DNA of 47,062 bases from an uncultured Dehalococcoidia bacterium (GTDB lineage: Bacteria; Chloroflexota; Dehalococcoidia; Lucifugimonadales; UBA3495). Both the position numbers and the translations under genes were made by a program. A model generated the notes under the pieces. The model was not told the origin of the DNA and did no database searches. It saw nothing but the letters and a program-made list of their open reading frames with translations. Shown piece after piece: positions 1 to 8,491 of this stretch; position 1 is the first letter of the stretch; every line of letters begins with the position of its first letter. The DNA is taken from NCBI GenBank assembly GCA_964451445.1, contig CAYVIG010000001.1, positions 1-47,062 on the forward strand, written 5' to 3'.

Positions 1-118
1 ACTTCTTAGAAGCAGAATTGTAATTAATTACTAATTCTCCATATTCTAAATCACCATGACTAGGTGCTCCAGCAGCGTCTCCTTTTTTCCTAAGAAGAAT
101 TTTGTTATTTCGAGCCAT
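1..118 (-). CDS. Tail fibre, N-terminal 39 codons. The rest of the gene appears to be 44322..47062 across the window junction.
   Basis: ATG at 116-118 lies 9 nt after AAGGAG. It translates MARNNKILLRKKGDAAGAPSHGDLEYGELVINYNSASKK, paralogous to the N-terminus of the 134..1186 product. The ORF runs off the left edge. Confidence 0.65.
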   Translation of the reverse strand, partial: MARNNKILLRKKGDAAGAPSHGDLEYGELVINYNSASKK

Positions 119-133
119 ATGTTTTTCTCCTTA

Positions 134-1186
134 CTAGTATGTGCCACCATCAACGGTTGCTGAATGAATTGAACCTAATCTTAATGCAGATAATGTATAC
201 CCAGTTCCACCAGTGTCAACTGTTGTAGTAGGTGCTGCTTGGTTGCCATGATACAAAATAAACTCAGCTCCTGTTGAACCATTCTGGTCCCAGCTTAAAC
301 CACAATACTTTGTTCCACTAGCAACATACTTACCATAGAATCCAATATCTACTGCATTCCCTGAGTTGTTACTTGCATATTGAACCAAAGGGTCTTCGAC
401 TGTTACAGTAGCCACATTTGTAGTTACAGTATCGCCTTGAACAATTAAATCTCCAGTGATTGTTACATCGTCTGGAAGACCAATCGTTACAGTGTTGCCT
501 GTGACTGCAGTGGTTACTTCATTGGCAGTGCCAAGAATAGATAGTGTCTCACCTAAAGATACATCATCAGTTGCACTTCCATCGCTAATAGTCACATCTG
601 AATTGACGAGTTTTCCATTTGCAATAGAACCTGCTAACATAGCATTAGTAACACCAGTATCAGCTATCTTCATACCACTTGCACTTCTGTCAAGAGAAGA
701 ACCATTTAATTTAACTCTCAATGCATTTGAACTGATTTCTACACCATGTCCAGCTACATCATCGTTAAGCATAGTTCCATGAACTGCGTCACTTGCAATT
801 GTAAGAACACCACTACTGTTTAACGTAGCATCTCCACTCATAGATACGTTATCCCATGAATTAGAACCATCCCATAATATCATTTGCCCTGATTGCTCAG
901 AAGATATTGTAGTATCGGCTAATTCGGATAATGCATCTTTAGCAGCAACTGAATCATCAACATATTTTTTAATACTTTGTTGTGTAGCCAACGAAGTTGC
1001 ACTATCACTACTCATATTATCTTGGTCAAGAATAGGTGCTCCTATCCAAGATTTAGTCGAAGCAGCTGTCGCTATGTAGAACTTACCATTATCTGTACTA
1101 AATAGGGGTTCACCAGCCAACATACTACTAGAAGGAGCAGAACTATCTGAACCTCTTCTAATTTGTATTGCATTATTACGTGCCAT
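134..1186 (-). CDS. Tail fibre / receptor-binding protein (350 aa)
   Basis: ORF track. The N-terminus MARNNAIQIRRGSDSS..LAGEPLF fits the basic R-R-G ... L-x-GE anchor pattern common at phage fibre N-termini. Composition is Ser/Thr/Gly/Asn/Val-rich (beta-type). It lies at the distal end of the structural operon. Confidence 0.7.
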   Translation of the reverse strand: MARNNAIQIRRGSDSSAPSSSMLAGEPLFSTDNGKFYIATAASTKSWIGAPILDQDNMSSDSATSLATQQSIKKYVDDSVAAKDALSELADTTISSEQSGQMILWDGSNSWDNVSMSGDATLNSSGVLTIASDAVHGTMLNDDVAGHGVEISSNALRVKLNGSSLDRSASGMKIADTGVTNAMLAGSIANGKLVNSDVTISDGSATDDVSLGETLSILGTANEVTTAVTGNTVTIGLPDDVTITGDLIVQGDTVTTNVATVTVEDPLVQYASNNSGNAVDIGFYGKYVASGTKYCGLSWDQNGSTGAEFILYHGNQAAPTTTVDTGGTGYTLSALRLGSIHSATVDGGTY

Positions 1187-1207
1187 AGTTACTTCCTTAT
1201 TTGGTTG

Positions 1208-1531
1208 TTAATAGGAACCGCCATCGACAGTTCCAGAAACACTAGAGACTAACTCATTCCAAGAGTCTTCATCTCTAACGTAAAATTTATCATCATCTGA
1301 GTCATACCATAAATCTCCTTCTGTTGGAGAGCCAGGAGCAGAATCTGTAACTGCAACAATAGCCGTTACCTTTTCTACTGCATCCTGTACATTCTTAATG
1401 TTTGGAAAAGTTGTTAAACTTATTGGTATTGCACTCGCTTTAATATTAAAAGAATCAGAGGTTTTAGACGCATTTTGCGTTCCTACTGATTTTGCCGAAG
1501 CATTACTTGTTACTTTAGCGGTTATTGCCAT
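1208..1531 (-). CDS. Small fibre-associated protein (107 aa)
   Basis: ORF track. Contains GDLWYDSDDDKFYVRDEDSWNEL, a fibre-type GDLW.D...Y...W motif. It ends TVDGGSY, nearly the same as the C-terminus TVDGGTY of the 350-aa fibre. Confidence 0.6.
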   Translation of the reverse strand: MAITAKVTSNASAKSVGTQNASKTSDSFNIKASAIPISLTTFPNIKNVQDAVEKVTAIVAVTDSAPGSPTEGDLWYDSDDDKFYVRDEDSWNELVSSVSGTVDGGSY

Positions 1532-1986
1532 TATGCCACCGTCGCAGTAAATGTATCAAATTCTTTAGATGTTGCACTTGGAGAAACAACTATATCACCT
1601 TGCATATGTCTTGTATATTGGTCTCCACTTCCTGCGCTAGGGTCATATTCAATCAAATCCCATAAACCCTCGAAATCATCAGTAAAATGTCTAGTAGCAG
1701 CTTCAGGTAGTGTCAATGTTACCGTACCTGCGCTTCTATCAGCCACTAGGTTAAAATGTATTGAAGTTACACCTGAGCTTACCCAATCATCGTTTGAAGC
1801 ATAAGTACCATGAGTACCTTGTGACTTACTTGGACCAGTAAACTGTGACCTAGCTTTATCTTTCACGATAACAGCTGAGTATTTCATTGTTGCACCCATT
1901 GTATGTGTACTATCCATAGTAACGACCATTTTAAATCCTGCTCCTTGCATGATTTGAACATCTTTATATTGTTCGTTAGTTATCAT
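1531..1986 (-). CDS. Hypothetical virion protein (151 aa)
   Basis: ORF track. Shares a 1-nt start/stop overlap with both neighbours, indicating translational coupling within the tail module. No motif recognised. Confidence 0.7.
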   Translation of the reverse strand: MITNEQYKDVQIMQGAGFKMVVTMDSTHTMGATMKYSAVIVKDKARSQFTGPSKSQGTHGTYASNDDWVSSGVTSIHFNLVADRSAGTVTLTLPEAATRHFTDDFEGLWDLIEYDPSAGSGDQYTRHMQGDIVVSPSATSKEFDTFTATVA

Positions 1987-2225
1987 TAATAAAGGTGTAA
2001 TACGTTTGCTGAACTAGATTTCGTACAAGCTATTGGATATATATGTCCTCTTAACATATATACCGAAACATCAGTACCATCAACTGTTAATGTAATCGCA
2101 CTTGCAGTTGCTCCACTTAGCATAACTGCTCGGCATTCATCCATAGCGTTGGTAGTAGATGCTACAACTTTAATGTACGGTGAAACACTTTCATTCACCG
2201 AATAATCTTGTAATGATTTAGCCAT
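1986..2225 (-). CDS. Hypothetical protein (79 aa)
   Basis: ORF track. Coupled to the downstream gene and fills the gap in the operon. Confidence 0.6.
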   Translation of the reverse strand: MAKSLQDYSVNESVSPYIKVVASTTNAMDECRAVMLSGATASAITLTVDGTDVSVYMLRGHIYPIACTKSSSANVLHLY

Positions 2226-2234
2226 CTTAACTCC

Positions 2235-2732
2235 TTATGTAAATATTCCATATTCTACTGCGACAACCTCGCCGCCAGTATCATCTTTTATTTTCCAAGT
2301 ACCATTTTTTGATGCTGGGAAAAATATTGCTTGACCAGATGATAGTCTACACACCTCAACACTTCCACCTATCGCATACACTATTACTTTGCTAGTTGTT
2401 TCTGCCGTGCTAGACAATCCACTGTCAAATTTAAAACCAGTATGTTTTATCCAAAGACCCTCTGCACCAGAGTCTACAACTATATCAGTTCCTGTAGCAC
2501 CATTAGATGAAATATGGGTATGAGTACCAGCATTCCAATGGTTACTTGCAAAAGCACTCCCTGCCCATGCGGTATCAGATTTTCCACCACCTAAAGACCT
2601 GCCTACATTTTTATCAACATAATCATCATCGACATTAGTTGTGTTGGCATTAGCGTGGTCTGAGCTATATGTAGTAGAATGAGTACCATCTTGTATTGGA
2701 GTTATGCTTACTGCATAATCTATTCTTGCCAT
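2235..2732 (-). CDS. Hypothetical virion protein (165 aa)
   Basis: ORF track. SD (GGAG) lies upstream. Composition is Gly/Ser/Thr-rich (beta-type). No motif recognised. Confidence 0.7.
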   Translation of the reverse strand: MARIDYAVSITPIQDGTHSTTYSSDHANANTTNVDDDYVDKNVGRSLGGGKSDTAWAGSAFASNHWNAGTHTHISSNGATGTDIVVDSGAEGLWIKHTGFKFDSGLSSTAETTSKVIVYAIGGSVEVCRLSSGQAIFFPASKNGTWKIKDDTGGEVVAVEYGIFT

Positions 2733-2741
2733 AATTTACTC

Positions 2742-3197
2742 CTATTTCACTGCGTAGGGACTGACCGCCTGCGCAACAAATGCTTTATTTTTATTACTTT
2801 CATTGTCAGCCAATTTATTATAAAATTCTCTCATAAAATACTCTTTAGCCTTCAAATCGCCATTTCTTTCAGAAAGCTCTGCTTTTACATAATCAACCAC
2901 TGCAAGTGACAACATTCTATTTAAATTAACATGAGAACCTTCTGTCGGTGAAGCAACTGATGTTAATGATGTGTTAGCCTCAGGGTCTTCTACTACAAAT
3001 GGGTCTTTTATTGCAGTATATTCAATTCTTAAACCATTAGTTATACTTTCATCTGGGTATATTAACGAATGCCAACCCGAAGTAGAAACTCTTCCTTCTG
3101 TGTCTATATCTTTCGCAGGTGTTCTTCTAAATCTTAACAATCTAACAGTTTTGCCTTTGTGAGTGTATACGTAATTTTTACCAGTATCGAAACTCAT
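2742..3197 (-). CDS. Hypothetical virion protein; candidate head-tail adaptor by position only (151 aa)
   Basis: ORF track. TAATG overlap with the upstream 92-aa ORF. Lies between the capsid module and the fibres. Confidence 0.6.
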   Translation of the reverse strand: MSFDTGKNYVYTHKGKTVRLLRFRRTPAKDIDTEGRVSTSGWHSLIYPDESITNGLRIEYTAIKDPFVVEDPEANTSLTSVASPTEGSHVNLNRMLSLAVVDYVKAELSERNGDLKAKEYFMREFYNKLADNESNKNKAFVAQAVSPYAVK

Positions 3198-3475
3198 TAT
3201 GGATTTGTATCCTCTGTCATCATAGGTTCATGGACTAATCTCTTTATAGATTTATACTTATTGTCATCCTCAGTATCTAAAACGCTTACAGACTTTAGTG
3301 AAATTAAATCAGCGGGTAATGTGTAATCTCTTGTATTTTTTACAATATTTTGTTTATCAACCTTTAAACCCTCTTCAGACGTTGATTGAATCTTCATTAT
3401 TGCATCTTTTATGAAAGCAGTTACTAGCTTAGTATCTCTAGAATTTGCTCTTTCCATAATTTCTAATATAGTCAT
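3197..3475 (-). CDS. Hypothetical protein; candidate head-tail connector by position only (92 aa)
   Basis: ORF track. 1-nt overlaps with both neighbours. Confidence 0.6.
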   Translation of the reverse strand: MTILEIMERANSRDTKLVTAFIKDAIMKIQSTSEEGLKVDKQNIVKNTRDYTLPADLISLKSVSVLDTEDDNKYKSIKRLVHEPMMTEDTNP

Positions 3476-5847
3476 TATGTAGATGCTCCTTGCTCTTGTC
3501 TTTGACCTTGTTGTTTTTGAGGAGGAGCCGTTACTGAGCCTGTGATAGCTGATAATTCACTTACTGCTCGTTGGTAATAATCCCTACTAGAACCAATGGA
3601 TTGTTGACTTTTACTAGCATAAATTTGCGATGCCTGTAGCTTTGTACCAGACTCTTCTAAATATGATTTTGCCTTTGCCATATCTAGTTGAAATTTACCG
3701 CTTTTAGCCTGAATTAAACTGGAATAATTGTTAATGTCTAAAGTAAACTGTTGTATATCTTTATTTAAATCTGCAGTCCCCTTTTGTAAAGATGCTTGAT
3801 ATTTTTGAAGTGAAGTACCAAACTCTTGCACATCTTTTTGTAACTCAGATTGGTATTTAGTAATACCGCTATTAACTCTTTGAGATTCTTTTTGAACTTC
3901 AGATTGATACTTTGATACTTCAGTTTGAACCCTTGCACTTTCCTTTGAAAGCTCTGCTTGATATTTCTGAATATCTGAATTAAAAGATTGTACTGACTTC
4001 TGCAGTTCTGCATTGTATTTGGCAATCTCACTTTGAATACGTTGAGCTTCTTTACCTAATTCTTTTTCGTATTTAGTTATATCAATACCTTTTATAGCAG
4101 CCTGACCTTGTATCTCTGCATTATAATTCTCTATTTGCGTTTCAAAGACTTTAAAATCTTTTTCTATTTGTTGTTGGTATCTCTCTACACCTGAACGAAC
4201 TCTTGATACTTCTTTTTGCACTTCAGTATTATATAATTCAACATCTGACTTAACTCTATTGCTTTCTTTATTAATTGCTGATGTAAACTTTTCAGTCTCT
4301 GATTGTACTCTCTGAGCCTCTTTCGATAATTCTTTTTCATATTTATCTAATTGAGAACCCATTCTCGATTGTTCACGTTGAACTGCTTGTTGATACTTTT
4401 CCATCTGAGATTGCATACGGTTACGTTCTTTTTGAACCTCAGCGTTATATTTGCCAATATCATTTTGATATTTGTTCATATTCTGACCAACTTTAGATGA
4501 AAAATCTTCTAATTTAACCTTTTCTTTAGATATAGAAGTATTAGCTCTATTTATTTCTACACTAGCAGTATTGATTATTGCTCCTGTCATCTCTACATCT
4601 TCATCATCTATCCACTCTTGAGCATTATTTGAAGTAACACTTCCATCAATCAATTGTTCAGCTTTTGTCAACGCATCATCTAATTTTGTAGAATCAAATA
4701 CGTGACTTATTTCAGATATACTTGGCAAACTCTGAGAAACATTAAAGTCGCTTGGAAGAACACCTCCTGGAGAAAAGTCCCCTGGAAGATTAGATGTTAC
4801 ATTTATAGCCCCTGGTAAAGAGACTGCTACGCTGAAAGATGATGGTAAACTCTGCGTTATACTTATATCTGAAGGTAGAGAAGCTGCCGTGCTTATACTT
4901 GTTGGCAATGATTTAGTAGGCGTTATTCCTGATGGTAATGACGTAGACATCGCAATGCTACTTGGAAGAGTTCTATTAAATGCAAATGTAGGTAAGGAAG
5001 AAGATACATTAATCGCGCTAGGAAGAGATTGTGCTGAAGTAAAATCTGAAGGAAGACTTCCACTAAAACTAAAAGTAGGTAAGGTTTCTCCAACTACAAG
5101 ACTTAATGTTTTTGATGGTATATTAACATTTGTTGAATCATCAGTAGCTTTTGTTGGGTCGTATGAAGGTATTGCAGTTCTATATGAAGATAATAAACCA
5201 GAAGCACCTACGACTGCATCTACTTCAGCTTTACATAAATCTCTATAAACACTACTTAATCTTAAAAAGTCTAAAGAACCTGCATAGAATATTGCTACGT
5301 TCTCATACTCTGTTAATATCCAACTATCAGTATTCTCATCAATTACTGGAGGAGCTGAATATACAATAACTCCTTTATCCCCTTGTTCTGAATCCACTGT
5401 AACAGAATTGCCATCTAAATCCGTATATGCGTGTTGGTACGAATTTCCTTCTCCCTTATGTTCATTATAGTCAGGGTCAGGTTTAATATAAATCTTTCCT
5501 CCTAATTTGTAAAATTTAGGAAACATCTCAGTAGCTCTTAATAAACTACCTGCTTCATCAAATATGTGTATGTTTTTATCAGGAGCCTCTGCAGCCACTC
5601 TCTTTTTACCACTATCCATACGATAAACCGCTAATATCTTATCATATGCAATACTTGAACCTTGTCCTATTTTACTATTTCCATCACTATCAAAACCTGT
5701 TATTTCAGTTTCTGATGCAACAGTCCATAAGAATTTCTCAGGCAGAGCCGCTAGAATAAATTTAGCACCTGCGTTTATATATTCTACAAGGAATCTAGCT
5801 TTTGAGCTATTTCCTGTTATATTATTTACTTTTTCCCAAATTTTCAT
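3475..5847 (-). CDS. Fibrous virion protein built from repeats (790 aa): N-terminal globular part, 13 x 10-aa xLPx repeats, 15 x 18-aa helical repeats
   Basis: ORF track. The repeats were read directly from the translation (see repeat features). Lies immediately downstream of the major capsid gene. Confidence 0.85.
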   Translation of the reverse strand: MKIWEKVNNITGNSSKARFLVEYINAGAKFILAALPEKFLWTVASETEITGFDSDGNSKIGQGSSIAYDKILAVYRMDSGKKRVAAEAPDKNIHIFDEAGSLLRATEMFPKFYKLGGKIYIKPDPDYNEHKGEGNSYQHAYTDLDGNSVTVDSEQGDKGVIVYSAPPVIDENTDSWILTEYENVAIFYAGSLDFLRLSSVYRDLCKAEVDAVVGASGLLSSYRTAIPSYDPTKATDDSTNVNIPSKTLSLVVGETLPTFSFSGSLPSDFTSAQSLPSAINVSSSLPTFAFNRTLPSSIAMSTSLPSGITPTKSLPTSISTAASLPSDISITQSLPSSFSVAVSLPGAINVTSNLPGDFSPGGVLPSDFNVSQSLPSISEISHVFDSTKLDDALTKAEQLIDGSVTSNNAQEWIDDEDVEMTGAIINTASVEINRANTSISKEKVKLEDFSSKVGQNMNKYQNDIGKYNAEVQKERNRMQSQMEKYQQAVQREQSRMGSQLDKYEKELSKEAQRVQSETEKFTSAINKESNRVKSDVELYNTEVQKEVSRVRSGVERYQQQIEKDFKVFETQIENYNAEIQGQAAIKGIDITKYEKELGKEAQRIQSEIAKYNAELQKSVQSFNSDIQKYQAELSKESARVQTEVSKYQSEVQKESQRVNSGITKYQSELQKDVQEFGTSLQKYQASLQKGTADLNKDIQQFTLDINNYSSLIQAKSGKFQLDMAKAKSYLEESGTKLQASQIYASKSQQSIGSSRDYYQRAVSELSAITGSVTAPPQKQQGQRQEQGAST
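3643..4452 (-). repeat. 15 exactly phased 18-residue (54-nt) repeats, consensus K-Y-x-x-E-[VL]-Q-K-E-x-x-R-V-x-S-x-[IV]-x, residues 466-735 of the 790-aa protein
   Basis: [KRNQL]-[YF] dipeptides start at residues 466, 484, 502, 520, 538, 556, 574, 592, 610, 628, 646, 664, 682, 700 and 718. Every spacing is exactly 18. Confidence 0.9.
4708..5091 (-). repeat. 13 tandem ~10-residue repeats containing S/T-L-P-S/G/T, residues ~253-380 of the 790-aa protein
   Basis: L-P occurs at residues 256, 265, 275, 285, 294, 304, 314, 324, 334, 344, 354, 364 and 374. Confidence 0.9.
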
Positions 5848-5928
5848 TTCTTTTCCTTAAATACGGGTCAGGGATGTAAGTAGAAAGGAGGCGAAAATCT
5901 CACACCCCTTCACCGTATATTTCTAGAA

Positions 5929-7500
5929 TTACTTCCAGACTGCGTGTGATTCGGGCATTTGCCACTCAAAACCAGCTTCTGTAAGAATCATATCAACACG
6001 TTTGTCAGTACCAGTATTCTCTAGTGATTGCACTCCTACATAAACCGATGTATCACGGTTGATGCCATTTCCTACTAGAGGTCTGTACTTAACATTACTC
6101 ATGTTAATACCAAGAATCTTAACTGCGCTTCTATCAAGAGCAATATTCCGAACTACACTCATATCACCTATTGGTGTGCTGATGGATGTCATATCAAGTC
6201 CCATAACTTTCTTACGACCAGTAACAGCTAAGTCAGCTCTAAATTGACCACCGACTTCGATGTTATTTTTGAAATATCCACCTAGTTTATGTAACCAGTT
6301 GTACACTTCAGTGTCGCAAAAATATACAGTTGCTTTAGATTGATTGTAACGAGGGTCAACATATTTGCTCATGTCATCAAGAAAACTATCAACAGTTTTA
6401 GTTGAAGACCATGAAAATAAGTTACCATAATTAGCAATATAATCTACTGCACCTTGAGTATGAGATACACCACTTGCATCGGTATACTGTGAGCCGAATA
6501 ACCCTGATTGCTCGATTTCCCATTTATGTTCAATGAGCTTATCTCTCCAAACACGTGCCCATTCATTGGGTTCGTATTTAAGGACAGTTGCACGAGCAGT
6601 ATTAGTCATACCAAATTCAGACCTAAAAATCTGAGTTTGTCCATAACCAGTACTGTAAGGATTATCTTTCCAAGTTTTACCCATCAAAGATGAACCTTCC
6701 TCGTAAGAATTACCTACAACATAGCTTCTCTTAGCTTCTAAATCGCTAGAGATTTCTTTGTCATAAGCTTGTAGTTGAGGTGCGTTACTGGCAAAGGAAC
6801 AAAATCCTCCGCTAGCAGCTCTAACTACTTTAGCTTCTACGAGTTTAGCCTCTACGCAATCTGCTAGGACTTGCGAACCAACAGTGTTTGCAGTTTGAGA
6901 AATATCTTTTTGGTCTCCCACGCTAACAATCTTTGCTAATACGTAGTCGTTGATATCTGTTCCACCTGCATTGGTAGAGGATAGGTTTATCTGAATTATT
7001 TGATTTGGTAACAAAAACTCAGGGGCTGTTCCAGCAGCACCGATAGCAATAGCACCATTAGATTGACCTGATATGTTCTGAAGGTTACCTGCTGATTCAT
7101 AATCAGTAGCCATCCAAACCTTAACTGTATCGCCTAATGCGATGGAGTAAGGGGATGAGCCTTTAACAGCTAAGAATCTTCCATTATCAAATTGGTCGTT
7201 GCCAGCATTATCTCTCTGTCCAACAACATATGAATAACGTTTCATCCATGACTGTCTTTTTTCGGTAAACTTGAACGAAGGGTCATCAGTTGGCTTTTTC
7301 GCAACTTTGGATACCAAGCGGAAAAATGGTGTCTGGTCTATTGCCAGTTCACTAAATCTCTCAGCGAAATTATACTTCCTCCGAAGGTCGCCTGTTGAAA
7401 GCGATGAGCCTTGAAATACGCCATATCCCTCATCTAATCCACTAGAATGTTTTACATATAATGGATGGTTTGCAGGATAGGCTGCGTCTGATTGTGCCAT
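5929..7500 (-). CDS. Major capsid protein (523 aa)
   Basis: ORF track. Gene order is TerL - portal - scaffold - this ORF. The N-terminal segment ..KKPTDDPSFKFTEKR.. resembles the D-P-x-F-x-[WF]-x-E motif of HK97-fold capsid proteins of podovirus lineages. An 81-nt gap follows, as is typical after a highly expressed capsid gene. Confidence 0.75.
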   Translation of the reverse strand: MAQSDAAYPANHPLYVKHSSGLDEGYGVFQGSSLSTGDLRRKYNFAERFSELAIDQTPFFRLVSKVAKKPTDDPSFKFTEKRQSWMKRYSYVVGQRDNAGNDQFDNGRFLAVKGSSPYSIALGDTVKVWMATDYESAGNLQNISGQSNGAIAIGAAGTAPEFLLPNQIIQINLSSTNAGGTDINDYVLAKIVSVGDQKDISQTANTVGSQVLADCVEAKLVEAKVVRAASGGFCSFASNAPQLQAYDKEISSDLEAKRSYVVGNSYEEGSSLMGKTWKDNPYSTGYGQTQIFRSEFGMTNTARATVLKYEPNEWARVWRDKLIEHKWEIEQSGLFGSQYTDASGVSHTQGAVDYIANYGNLFSWSSTKTVDSFLDDMSKYVDPRYNQSKATVYFCDTEVYNWLHKLGGYFKNNIEVGGQFRADLAVTGRKKVMGLDMTSISTPIGDMSVVRNIALDRSAVKILGINMSNVKYRPLVGNGINRDTSVYVGVQSLENTGTDKRVDMILTEAGFEWQMPESHAVWK

Positions 7501-7547
7501 AGTTCTATCTCCTATGTGTGTCTACTATGGCGGCTAGTTCGACCTAA

Positions 7548-8438
7548 TTAGCCAAGTAGACGGTTAATTGATTCACCGCCTAATAGCTGGTCAAACACTT
7601 TATCGTCTGGAGATTCTTCTTCAGGAGGTGCTCCTCCTGCAGATGCTAACGATTGAGGTCGTGATTGAGTACTACGTACTTGTTTTGCCACTTCCTCTTG
7701 TGCGTTTCGATGGATGTTTTGTTCTCGATTTTCTCGGTTCTTTAGATAATAAATGTCTTCTAAGTCTAGTTTTTTCTCTTTAGCGAATCCCACTAAATCT
7801 TCCCATTCTTCTGGGGTCATTTCGTGTTTTTCTCTAAACGTACTTTCTTTACTTAATCTCTGATTTTCAGCAGATTGTTTAGATGCATAATCAGACAACC
7901 TTCTTTGCACCAGCCCATCTATTGTTGCATTAAGAACTTTAGCAGAATCGGAACTTGCATTCTCAAACGCTTCGTTACCATCAAAGACAAAATCTTCGTC
8001 TAACTGTAACTGCTCTTTCATACTATTAGGGGTGTTACCACCACCCTCAAAATAACTTCTCACATGAGAAATTAAATTAGGGTCTTCTTTCATTGCGTCT
8101 AGAATAGGTAGATACGGCTCCAATTCGGTAAGGCGACCATTAAGACGCTTCGCCTCCCTACTAGATGCCGAGTACCTTTGCTGTAAAACGTCTGCTTTGT
8201 TATCAGAGGCGTTTTCTTCAGCTCCTTCTGCAGGGCTCTGTGCTTGTTTGTTATCACTCGCACTTGCGGAGGTTGTCTGCTCTGGGTTTTCATCGTATAT
8301 AGCACCATTTGTTTGATAGTCTAAAGCATCAAAAAATGCTGAAGAATCATCACTGGTGTCTACTGATGTATCATCTAAATTCATGATGTCTACGTCAGGG
8401 GACTCTTTTTGAGTGTTACCTGTTTGTGCATCTGCCAT
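7548..8438 (-). CDS. Scaffolding protein candidate (296 aa)
   Basis: ORF track. Lies between portal and capsid genes. Very acidic, low-complexity N-terminus and a charged, helix-prone remainder. Confidence 0.55.
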   Translation of the reverse strand: MADAQTGNTQKESPDVDIMNLDDTSVDTSDDSSAFFDALDYQTNGAIYDENPEQTTSASASDNKQAQSPAEGAEENASDNKADVLQQRYSASSREAKRLNGRLTELEPYLPILDAMKEDPNLISHVRSYFEGGGNTPNSMKEQLQLDEDFVFDGNEAFENASSDSAKVLNATIDGLVQRRLSDYASKQSAENQRLSKESTFREKHEMTPEEWEDLVGFAKEKKLDLEDIYYLKNRENREQNIHRNAQEEVAKQVRSTQSRPQSLASAGGAPPEEESPDDKVFDQLLGGESINRLLG

Positions 8439-8491
8439 AAAATTACTCCTTTACTTAATTTAAAATATTTTACCTGTTATATACAATAACA

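Noticed and set aside
2742-3475. Possible programmed frameshift fusing the 92-aa and 151-aa ORFs
   Set aside because: The junction is an ordinary TAATG stop/start overlap with no slippery heptamer, which is standard translational coupling.
5848-5928. Terminator hairpin after the major capsid gene
   Set aside because: Only an imperfect pairing is available (ACGG..GGGG with CCC..CCGU, interrupted by a 3-nt mismatch, with a long loop), and there is no U tract. That is too weak to call.
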